DNA from: Patescibacteria group bacterium
GTDB lineage: Bacteria; Patescibacteriota; Minisyncoccia; Phycocordibacterales; UBA1006
Direction of reading: 5' to 3'
Length of the DNA: 44,323 nt
NCBI GenBank assembly: GCA_028286885.1
Contig: JAQBQS010000009.1
Coordinates: forward strand, 1-44,323
The notes beneath the pieces are model-generated. The model saw only the letters and a program-made list of their open reading frames with translations, did not search any database and had not been told where the DNA came from. The position numbers and the translations under genes are program-made. Positions 8,537 through 18,136 of the stretch are shown piece by piece; positions within the stretch are counted from its first letter, which is position 1, and each line of letters opens with the position of its first letter.

Positions 8537-9115
8537 ATGAAATCATTTTTTAACAAGTTAAAAGAAGCTCATAAAGGATTCGTGATTTTGTTCACGGTCT
8601 TGATTTCGGCGATCATCCTGATGATCGGGTTCGGCATTTTCAGCATTGCGACGCGCGAAACGATCCTCTCGGGTACGGCGCGCGAGGCGCAGTTCTCGTT
8701 TTATGCCGCGGACGCCGGCGTCGAATGCGCGCTTTATTTCCAGACGCATTCGAATGTTTTGCATGCGGGAACAGGATTCCCGGGCGTCAGTACCAATGAC
8801 TGGCCAAGCTGCGGAACAACCGGAAATCAAATCAATGGCGCAGGCGATCCGGGAACGGCGAGCAATCCTGCCAGGTTCGATATCATGGTCGACGCAACGC
8901 AGAAAACATGCGCGCATGTCATCGTATATGATCCGACTTCGAGCGAGCGCCGCATTATCTCGCAGGGATATAATATTTGCGCGCTCGATGCCTCGGGTGT
9001 GGCGCATCCCGTTACGAGCAATCCGCTCCTTGTCGAGCGAGTCTTGGATACGACCTTCAGCACCGTTCCATCAACGACAACAACTCCTCCGACAGGCGGA
9101 GCTCCGACGAATTAA
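8537..9115 (+). CDS. PilX-like minor pilin (no Glu5)
   Basis: HKG/FVILFTVLI lacks E5; SFYAADAGVECALY resembles PilX N-terminus; start ATG 8537 or 8528. Confidence 0.8.
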   Translation: MKSFFNKLKEAHKGFVILFTVLISAIILMIGFGIFSIATRETILSGTAREAQFSFYAADAGVECALYFQTHSNVLHAGTGFPGVSTNDWPSCGTTGNQINGAGDPGTASNPARFDIMVDATQKTCAHVIVYDPTSSERRIISQGYNICALDASGVAHPVTSNPLLVERVLDTTFSTVPSTTTTPPTGGAPTN

Positions 9116-9162
9116 CCCTTGTATCGCAAGGGTTTTTACGTGGCGCAAACAGCGAGTTGTGA

Positions 9163-11232
<2,070 letters not shown>

Positions 11233-11256
11233 CTTTTAAATGGTATAAATCACATT

Positions 11257-12009
11257 ATGAATCAAACTGAAAAACTTCTCGAAAAAGTTCATACTAATCT
11301 TAAGGTTATTATGGGGAATGAATTTTTTGCTGGCTTGAAAAGTTCACCTGTCAATCTTCGGGGTTATCAGCTTCTTGTCAAACAAAAATACGGAGGAGTG
11401 ACAAACTTCCTTGATTTCCTTAAAAGAGGCGAGGAGCTGTCGTTGTTATATTCGAAAGAAATAGAAGAAGTTTTTCGGCAAAATTATTTGGATGAAATAG
11501 GATTTTTTGCGGGTGAAGTACGCGATGAATATGCGCATGAAACGTGGCGCCAAAGAAGTTTAAAGTCATTTGGTATCAGTCAGAAGGATTTTGAAAGCAT
11601 CCCTCTTCTTTCCGGAGTTGTTCAGCATGCCGAGATGAGAAGAGAATTGATTGCGAAAGGTACTTTTCTTGAATTAGTCGGAGCTCTCCTTTTTCTTGAA
11701 ATTTTTATAGTCTATGAGATGAAACATCTTATAGAGGCTTTCAAGCGTGATCTTCCTGAACTTTTTCCGAAGGATGGGTATGTTCATGAAAATTTTCCAC
11801 TCAATACCCAAGAGTATTGGTACAATCACGCTCTTCATGACGTATGGCATTTCAGTCAAATTAAAGAAGGGCTTCAATCGTATATTGAAAAGGCAAACCT
11901 TGATGAATCACATTTAAATGAAATTGAAAAAGGGATTGAAAATGTCTTCCAATCCAAATCATTCCTTTATTCGAATGAGCTTTTGAATGAAATTAAAAAA
12001 GCAAGATAA
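11257..12009 (+). CDS. Heme-oxygenase-like diiron protein (CADD/PqqC/TenA superfamily)
   Basis: NYLDEIG..AHETW, GALLFLE and YWYNHALHDVWH reproduce the E/H/E/H/D/H ligand spacing of CADD-type proteins; AT-rich. Confidence 0.65.
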   Translation: MNQTEKLLEKVHTNLKVIMGNEFFAGLKSSPVNLRGYQLLVKQKYGGVTNFLDFLKRGEELSLLYSKEIEEVFRQNYLDEIGFFAGEVRDEYAHETWRQRSLKSFGISQKDFESIPLLSGVVQHAEMRRELIAKGTFLELVGALLFLEIFIVYEMKHLIEAFKRDLPELFPKDGYVHENFPLNTQEYWYNHALHDVWHFSQIKEGLQSYIEKANLDESHLNEIEKGIENVFQSKSFLYSNELLNEIKKAR

Positions 12010-12055
12010 TGCTTTTTTTCATGCAAAAAATTTCCGAATATGATAAGGTATTCCC

Positions 12056-12334
12056 ATGATTACGAAGCAACAAATGCAGGATCTGGCCATGCTCGCGCGC
12101 GTCGGAGTACCTGAGGCAGAGCTTGACCAAGTAGCAGGGGAGATCGATGCGATTGTCGGATATATCGATATCTTAAATACGGTTAATGTGGAGGATATTG
12201 TTGATATGCCTTTGCAGGTGAATGTTACGCACGCTGATGCGAACGCAACCACAACGGGGACATATTTCGATACGCTTATCGCGGCTGCACCTGACTCGCA
12301 GGACGGATTTTACAAGGTTCCAAAAATTCTCTAA
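12056..12334 (+). CDS. gatC: Asp/Glu-tRNA amidotransferase subunit C
   Basis: LAMLAR..; C-terminal APDSQDGFYKVPKIL; directly upstream of gatA. Confidence 0.9.
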   Translation: MITKQQMQDLAMLARVGVPEAELDQVAGEIDAIVGYIDILNTVNVEDIVDMPLQVNVTHADANATTTGTYFDTLIAAAPDSQDGFYKVPKIL

Positions 12335-12336
12335 AT

Positions 12337-13761
12337 ATGGCACTCGATCTTAAAAACCTCACCATTGAAAAAGCTCACGCAATGCTCGTTGCGAAGGAAA
12401 TTTCAGTTGCCGAACTTGTCGAGGCGCATCTTGCGCATGCTCGTATTGCCGATAAAGAAATTCATGCGTTCATCGAGCTTTTTGAACATGAGTCAGATCG
12501 AGTCGCAAAGGCCCAGGCGATGATTGACGCTGGAACAGCGACAATGCTCACAGGAATTCCCTATGGAATCAAGGATAATATTTTGGTCGAGGGACATATT
12601 GCGAGCGCGGGTTCCCGAATGCTCCGAGATTACACGGCATCATACTCGGCAACGGTAATCAAGAAACTTGATGCGGTCGGAGCGATCCCGATGGGGCGAA
12701 CGAACATGGACGACGCGGCGATGGGTTCGTCAACCGAATCGTCATATTATGGCCCTACGAAAAATCCTCGCAACACGTCGCGTGTTCCGGGCGGATCATC
12801 AGGCGGATCGGCTGCTGCAGTTGCCGCGGACATGTGCCTCTTCGCGCTTGGAACGGATACGGGCGGATCGGTGCGCCAGCCGGCATCGTTCTGCGGAATC
12901 GTCGGAATGGTTCCGACATATGGCGCAGTGTCGCGTTCCGGAGCCATCCCGATGGGAAGCTCGCTTGACCAAATCGCGCCGTTTGCAAAAAACGTAGCCG
13001 AGGCGAAAGTTGTGTTTGACGTCATCAAAGGGTTTGATGGTATGGATGCCCAAACGCTTACGCAAGAAACTCGCGCAAAACTTGCCGAGAAACCGGCAGG
13101 CAAAGTCATCGGTGTACCGCGTCATCTTCTTGAAATGGAGGGAATCAATGCAGAAGTGAAAGCGAACTTCGACGCGTCAATTGAAAAGCTGAAGACTCTT
13201 GGATATGAAATTCGAGACATCGAACTTCCTCATGCGCATTTAAGTCTGGCTGTTTATTACATTATTATGCCGGCGGAAGTTTCAACGAACCTGTCACGGC
13301 TCGACGGAATGCGCTATGCCTTCCGCGCTCCGGGAAAAGATTTGCTCGAAACATATATGAAGACGAAGTACGAAGGATTCGGGAAAGAGGTTCGTCGCCG
13401 CATTCTCCTTGGCACCTATGTCCTGTCTGCCGGATATTACGATGCTTATTACAACAAGGCGATCAAGGTGCGAAGCCTGATCAAGTCCGATTACGAGAAA
13501 GTATTCGCGAGCGGAGTTGATTCGGTACTTGTTCCAACGTCTCCCTCAGTTGCATTCAAACCAGGTGAAAAGTCAGATCCCTTGTCGATGTATCTCGCGG
13601 ATATCTTTACGGTGACGGCCAACTTGTGCCACATGCCGGCGATTTCGGTTCCGTCAGGAGTTGACTCGGAAGGGCTTCCATTTGGAATCCAGTTTACTGC
13701 TAATCAGGGAATGGAAGAAACAATGTTCAGTATCGCGAATGATTTTGAAAAAAACTCCTAG
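12337..13761 (+). CDS. gatA: Asp/Glu-tRNA amidotransferase subunit A
   Basis: Amidase signature PGGSSGGSAAAVA, LGTDTGGSVRQPA; EVRRRILLGTYVLSAGYYDAYY. Confidence 0.96.
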   Translation: MALDLKNLTIEKAHAMLVAKEISVAELVEAHLAHARIADKEIHAFIELFEHESDRVAKAQAMIDAGTATMLTGIPYGIKDNILVEGHIASAGSRMLRDYTASYSATVIKKLDAVGAIPMGRTNMDDAAMGSSTESSYYGPTKNPRNTSRVPGGSSGGSAAAVAADMCLFALGTDTGGSVRQPASFCGIVGMVPTYGAVSRSGAIPMGSSLDQIAPFAKNVAEAKVVFDVIKGFDGMDAQTLTQETRAKLAEKPAGKVIGVPRHLLEMEGINAEVKANFDASIEKLKTLGYEIRDIELPHAHLSLAVYYIIMPAEVSTNLSRLDGMRYAFRAPGKDLLETYMKTKYEGFGKEVRRRILLGTYVLSAGYYDAYYNKAIKVRSLIKSDYEKVFASGVDSVLVPTSPSVAFKPGEKSDPLSMYLADIFTVTANLCHMPAISVPSGVDSEGLPFGIQFTANQGMEETMFSIANDFEKNS

Positions 13762-13791
13762 TCGGAGTTTTTTCGTGATATAATTTTTTAT

Positions 13792-14412
13792 ATGAACTCG
13801 ACGCCGAACGTTCCGTATATCAATCTCGAATTTATCTTTACCAAGATTTACGATTTTTTGGTATTCATCAAAAATTTTATCGTGACAGGAGGCCATGTAG
13901 ATACCGCTTCGGGCACGACTGATTACGCCGGGATCGTGCATCATACCGGATCGTGGCTCCTCACGATTCTTGTTTTCTTGTTCATCGGGCTCTTCGCGTG
14001 GGCCGTATACATCCGCATCCGTATCCACGAAGTCGACCAGAATTTGAACGAAAGCTACAGCGGGCATTTCATTCCGCCGGTACCCAAGTCCGAGCATAAG
14101 AACCAGCGGTGGGTGGCTATTACGAATCACTTCGCATCTGACAATCAGAACGACTGGCGCGCCGCGATCCTCGACGCCGATTCCATGCTCGACGAACTCG
14201 TAACGGGGCTCGGATACACCGGTGCGGGACTCGGCGAGAAACTGAATCAGGTCCGTGATGTCGATTTTCCGACGAAACAAGCAGCATGGGAGGCGCATAA
14301 GGTGCGAAATATCATTGCCCACCAGGGCGGGGGATATAACTTGTCGGAGCGGCAGAAGGATTTGGTTCGCAAGCATTACGAAAATGTATTTCGAAGTTCC
14401 GGCATTATCTAA
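13792..14412 (+). CDS. Conserved-looking membrane-anchored hypothetical protein
   Basis: One TM helix, then AILDADSMLDE..LGEKL..AWEAHKVRNIIAH (RNxxAH, HEPN-like pattern); extended -10 upstream, hairpin 14416-14438 downstream. Confidence 0.8.
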   Translation: MNSTPNVPYINLEFIFTKIYDFLVFIKNFIVTGGHVDTASGTTDYAGIVHHTGSWLLTILVFLFIGLFAWAVYIRIRIHEVDQNLNESYSGHFIPPVPKSEHKNQRWVAITNHFASDNQNDWRAAILDADSMLDELVTGLGYTGAGLGEKLNQVRDVDFPTKQAAWEAHKVRNIIAHQGGGYNLSERQKDLVRKHYENVFRSSGII

Positions 14413-14451
14413 TATAAAATCCCCTGAGGGGGATTTTATATTGATTCGTTG

Positions 14452-14522
14452 TTGCGGGGGGACGATTCGAACGTCCGCCTTCAGGTTATGAGCCTGACGA
14501 GATACCATTACTCTACCCCGCT
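14452..14522 (-). tRNA. tRNA-fMet (CAT, initiator type)
   Basis: Cloverleaf with 1:72 mismatch (A.A), A11-U24 pair, anticodon loop CTCATAA, T loop TTCGAAT; no encoded CCA. Confidence 0.9.
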
Positions 14523-14567
14523 ATATGGGGCACAAGTATACTGTATTTCCAGGGTTTGCGCAAGCCC

Positions 14568-14828
14568 TTACTTGGACAGCTTCTTCTTGGCCATGATAAG
14601 AGCTTCAAGCATGATGCGAAGCGCATCAGCATCGCTTTCAGTCGTCTGGATTTCCAATTTTCCAAGATCGCGCACGCGGTTTCTGAAAATTTTATGAGAT
14701 CCTGCAAAGAGTTTCCCAAGTTTTTCCGGCCCATCGATTTTCTTGTCTCGCAGAATAAGGAAAGGGAAGAGATCGGTGCTGACATTTTGAACGATACGAA
14801 ACGTATCGCTGAATTGGTACGTGCGCAT
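14568..14828 (-). CDS. Hypothetical protein downstream of radC
   Basis: ATG 14828 begins 1 nt after the radC stop; 86 aa. Confidence 0.55.
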   Translation of the reverse strand: MRTYQFSDTFRIVQNVSTDLFPFLILRDKKIDGPEKLGKLFAGSHKIFRNRVRDLGKLEIQTTESDADALRIMLEALIMAKKKLSK

Positions 14829-14829
14829 A

Positions 14830-15564
14830 TTATGAGTTTTCCATAATGCTTGTAAATCCCTTGTCCGAAACAATTATGTGGTCGATGAGCTCGATGCCGA
14901 GCACGGTTCCGACGGCGCGCAGCTGTTCCGTAATCTCGATGTCGGCTTTGCTTGGTTTGGTATTTCCCGACGGGTGGTTATGCACCAAGATGACGGCGAC
15001 AGCTCCGTAGTCGATTGCCGGTTTGAACACGTCGCGGGGATGGACGAGATGAGCGTCGACTGTTCCCACCGAAATCGTTTCGTCGCGTATGACTTTATAA
15101 TGATTGTTCAGATAAATTCCGCGCAAATGTTCGCGCGGCAGGTCGCGGATGCTTTTGGTGAATTCATATACGTCGCGCGCGGTGCGGATCATCTTTTGTC
15201 CTGATGAACCTTTTTCAAAAAGCCTGCGTCCGAATTCCACTGATGCGACGATCTGCGTCGCTTTTCCTTCCGGAATGCCGAGATCCTTGGAAAGCCGTTT
15301 CGGATCGCGCGCGTTCGCGATCGATTTCTCGCCGTATTGCTTCAAAACCCGGCTCGCCATTTCCATGACGTCTTCTTTCTTGGTTCCGATATTGATCATA
15401 ACCGCCAGGAGTTCCGCCATCGATAAAGCTGCAGGTCCTTCGCGAAGCATCGTCTCGCGAGGCTTCTTGTCATTCGGCTGGTCGCGGAATTTTAAAATAT
15501 AGGGCCGCATGCCGTCAGAGACAGCGATCATCGGTTCTAAATTTTTAAAGGCGTATTTGGTCAT
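14830..15564 (-). CDS. radC: RadC-family JAB/MPN protein
   Basis: KPRE..GPAALS.AELLA, VHPRDVF, HNHPSG..PS.AD, DHIIV. Confidence 0.95.
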   Translation of the reverse strand: MTKYAFKNLEPMIAVSDGMRPYILKFRDQPNDKKPRETMLREGPAALSMAELLAVMINIGTKKEDVMEMASRVLKQYGEKSIANARDPKRLSKDLGIPEGKATQIVASVEFGRRLFEKGSSGQKMIRTARDVYEFTKSIRDLPREHLRGIYLNNHYKVIRDETISVGTVDAHLVHPRDVFKPAIDYGAVAVILVHNHPSGNTKPSKADIEITEQLRAVGTVLGIELIDHIIVSDKGFTSIMENS

Positions 15565-15652
15565 GATGCGAGTATATCATTCCATGGATAAAGAGTTTTT
15601 AAACAAAAACAAAAAAAAGCCGAAAAGCGGCCATTTTGTGTGGATAAGATGC

Positions 15653-16267
15653 TTATGCTTTTCTAATATATCCTCCTTGCGGAAGAATGATTCCCGCAAT
15701 GCCGTTTCGATTTCCATCTTTGTCGATGATTCCATAGTCGCCCCTTGCGCTCAGGCTGACCTTCCCGTTTCGCTCTTTGCCGTCCGAAAAATAGACAACC
15801 GCGTCGCCGTCCTCGAGGCCTGCCTTTTTGATCAGAAGCTTGCTCGGGTCGTCTTGCGGCGGGACCTTTCCGGACATCATATCCCATTCGCCGTAGCCCT
15901 TGGCAGAAAATATTCTGATCTCTTCTTCCCAGTCCTCTTTGGTAATGGTCTTGGGTTCCTGTGCCGCAGGTTCGGTTATGAGCTCATAGACAGACGTATC
16001 AGTTTTCAAGAAAACCCGTCCGTCTTTCGATGTCGCGCCTGTTATGTTGCTGATGGCTTTTGTGTTTCCATCCAGCAGAATCGGTTGTCCCATTTTCACA
16101 TCCGTATCGATGACTCCTGAGATGGAATTTCCAGTCGGGACGCTTGATTGCGTAAGAATTCCAATCTTCGTAAATGTGACACTTTTGCCTGCCTTGAGGT
16201 TGAGACTGTTTAGAAAAATCTCTTCAGGCGATTCGATTTTGGGCGTTGTTCCGAAATTGTTTTCCAT
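15653..16267 (-). CDS. Hypothetical protein
   Basis: 204-aa ORF; ATG 16267 lies 6 nt after TGcTATAAT. Confidence 0.7.
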   Translation of the reverse strand: MENNFGTTPKIESPEEIFLNSLNLKAGKSVTFTKIGILTQSSVPTGNSISGVIDTDVKMGQPILLDGNTKAISNITGATSKDGRVFLKTDTSVYELITEPAAQEPKTITKEDWEEEIRIFSAKGYGEWDMMSGKVPPQDDPSKLLIKKAGLEDGDAVVYFSDGKERNGKVSLSARGDYGIIDKDGNRNGIAGIILPQGGYIRKA

Positions 16268-16332
16268 TTTTGCATTATAGCAGGTTTCCATAGTCAAGAA
16301 AAAATACCCTTCAAAGGGTATTTTTTCTTCTG

Positions 16333-16406
16333 CGGAGCCGACGGGACTTGAACCCGCAACCTCCCGCGTGACAGGCGGGTGCTCTAACCAGTTGAGCTAC
16401 GGCTCC
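16333..16406 (-). tRNA. tRNA-Asp (GTC)
   Basis: GGAGCCG acceptor stem, loop CTGTCAC, GGTTCAAGTC T arm, discriminator G. Confidence 0.95.
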
Positions 16407-16470
16407 GTATTTGCGCAAGCGAAACTCTAGCATGAATTCATGAAAAATCCAATGTGCGAGAATGCCCGTG

Positions 16471-16544
16471 TGTCAGAGGTGGGAGTTGAACCCACGACCT
16501 CGGCGTTATGAATGCCGCGCTCTCACCAACTGAGCTACTCTGAC
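16471..16544 (-). tRNA. tRNA with CAT anticodon (elongator Met or Ile2)
   Basis: Fully paired GTCAGAG acceptor stem, loop TTCATAA; Met versus lysidine-Ile not resolvable by eye. Confidence 0.9.
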
Positions 16545-16545
16545 G

Positions 16546-16577
16546 TGTCCCGCCATAGCTTTATGCGACGGCGGACA
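16546..16577. repeat. Small REP-like hairpin next to tRNA(CAT)
   Basis: tgtcc(c)gcc-atagctttatgcgac-ggcggaca; shares an AGCT..GCGA core with 40781-40813. Confidence 0.5.
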
Positions 16578-16624
16578 AGTCATGACAAAATAGCATGATT
16601 CGCCCCTTTTTTCAAGAGGTCTTC

Positions 16625-16653
16625 TTGATTTAAATCTGAAATAATACTACAGT
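16625..16653 (+). promoter_or_regulatory. Sigma70-type promoter of the candidate sRNA
   Basis: TTGATT-17 nt-TACAGT. Confidence 0.55.
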
Positions 16654-16658
16654 ATTTC

Positions 16659-16783
16659 GAGCGGCAGCAATGCTGGTTCGGTTCTTGTCTTCAGTCCTCG
16701 GGCGGATTTGCTTGGAAGCAGCAATTCCTTAATGAGTGCGTAACAGCTCACCCAAAGGATCGAGTTTCCCTCGGTCCTTTTTT
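16659..16783 (+). ncRNA. Candidate structured small RNA (or 20-aa peptide gene 16670-16732)
   Basis: Bounded by a promoter and the terminator aaaggatcgag-tttcc-ctcggtcctttttt; several internal hairpins. Confidence 0.45.
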
Positions 16784-16821
16784 ATTGAAAAAAGAGGAAA
16801 ATGTGTTAGTATGGCGCTTAC

Positions 16822-16894
16822 GCCGTTGTAGCTCAGCTGGTAGAGCACGTCATTGGTAATGACGAGGTCGCGGGTTCGATTCCCGCCGATGGCT
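16822..16894 (+). tRNA. tRNA-Thr (GGT)
   Basis: Anticodon arm CGTCA-TTGGTAA-TGACG, GGTTCGATTC T arm. Confidence 0.95.
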
Positions 16895-16948
16895 CACGTT
16901 CATGATAATGTAAAATCTCCGGAAGGAGATTTTTCGTTTTGAGATAAA

Positions 16949-16977
16949 TTGACTTATTTTATATAATATGTTAATAT
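16949..16977 (+). promoter_or_regulatory. -35/extended -10 promoter of orphan 17025
   Basis: TTGACT-17 nt (ending atgt)-TAATAT. Confidence 0.7.
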
Positions 16978-17024
16978 ATAAAAGTAAAAGTTCATTTCAA
17001 TTCATAACATTTAAATAAAAACAT

Positions 17025-17618
17025 ATGCCAGCTAGCGAATTAGATGCCGACAAAAAGTCTTCATGGTTTCAAACATTGAAATCTGATGCCGAAAAAGAGG
17101 GCGTCAGTATTGAAATTCAGAAAATAATAGTGGACTACTCCTTGCCATACAGCGAAGCTGCGAGCAATGGCGATTTGTCGATGGGTCCTGGCAATGACAG
17201 AATTGCCGAGGCTCTTCGCACTATCGAAATGAAAGACGTTTACCAGATTGAAAAAGAAAAGATCGTAGAAACGACCATTCTTCTCAATTGGCCAGAAGGT
17301 GTATCTTATGAGCGTGCGGTCGCATGGGGGATAAAGCATGGTCTCAAGCTATCGACGCCTCATGATGTATTTGCATTTGGCGTGGAAAACTCTTCATTCA
17401 GCCTTCCTCTGATGCCGTTACCTACGTCTGGTCCCATTCTTAGAGGAATTCCGACCGAGCGATACGTATGCGAGACAACAGGGTTCAACGAAGATGTCTT
17501 CGGTATCGAATTCAGGAACTATCGCCAGTGGCGCCATCCTATCTTCAAACCGAAAGAGTATTTCTCGTTTAACAGGGTTTGGTTTATTTTTTTAAAACCA
17601 GCTGATACAGATCTCTAA
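17025..17618 (+). CDS. Orphan hypothetical protein
   Basis: 197-aa ORF with own promoter, A-rich leader and terminator (~17626-17659). Confidence 0.75.
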   Translation: MPASELDADKKSSWFQTLKSDAEKEGVSIEIQKIIVDYSLPYSEAASNGDLSMGPGNDRIAEALRTIEMKDVYQIEKEKIVETTILLNWPEGVSYERAVAWGIKHGLKLSTPHDVFAFGVENSSFSLPLMPLPTSGPILRGIPTERYVCETTGFNEDVFGIEFRNYRQWRHPIFKPKEYFSFNRVWFIFLKPADTDL

Positions 17619-17707
17619 AGTATGTTCCGCTTCTGTTAAGATCAGAAGCGGATTTTTTTATGTTGCAAAATTTGTCTTCATTAAAAATAACAAGATAAAA
17701 ACGGACA

Positions 17708-18022
17708 TTAGTCCGCTTCTTCTTCCGCCTTCTCGCCGAGCTTTACGATGTCGCCGTCCTTGAACAAAATATTTTTCAAAATTTTGCGCCATTTCGGCTT
17801 TTGCCGCAGCAGAAATTCCAAGTCCATGCCGAAGTGCTTGAACTCCTCGCCCTGCGCGTTTTCCATGATCGCCTTGGCGTCATCGTTTTGCTCGACGGAC
17901 ATGCGCTGCTCGTACCAGTCGATTGCTTCGGCCTCCTCAATGAGTCCCATGATCATGCGGGCGAAGGTGCGGGTTTCCTGCGATAATTCTTCTGCTGGTT
18001 CGTGATATTGGTCAAATGCCAT
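17708..18022 (-). CDS. Encapsulated-ferritin-like (EncFtn/Flp) protein
   Basis: YHEP.EELS..TR..AR....LIEEAEAIDWYEQR and EEFKH..M.LEFL ferroxidase motifs. Confidence 0.85.
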   Translation of the reverse strand: MAFDQYHEPAEELSQETRTFARMIMGLIEEAEAIDWYEQRMSVEQNDDAKAIMENAQGEEFKHFGMDLEFLLRQKPKWRKILKNILFKDGDIVKLGEKAEEEAD

Positions 18023-18136
18023 AATGATTTCAGGTTACCTTATAATGAGTCCATTTTATCATCATTATGCCAAGAAGACAGCAGAGGAACACTTGTTCAC
18101 TTGACACTTATTTTAAGTATTTGATAAAATGAAAGC

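Noticed and set aside
12056-13761. Absence of gatB from the gatCA pair, and of pilB/pilM from the pilus locus
   Set aside because: Split operons are common; these genes are probably elsewhere and absence cannot be judged from one window.
13654-14508. 284-aa minus-strand ORF and other long antisense ORFs (e.g. 15509-16120, 33083-33784, 41704-42432)
   Set aside because: They are shadows of well-supported genes or tRNAs on the opposite strand and have no recognisable motifs.
16700-16730. GGAAGCAGC resembling SRP RNA domain IV
   Set aside because: The preceding CAGG..GNRA helix is absent, so it is kept only as part of an unassigned sRNA candidate.
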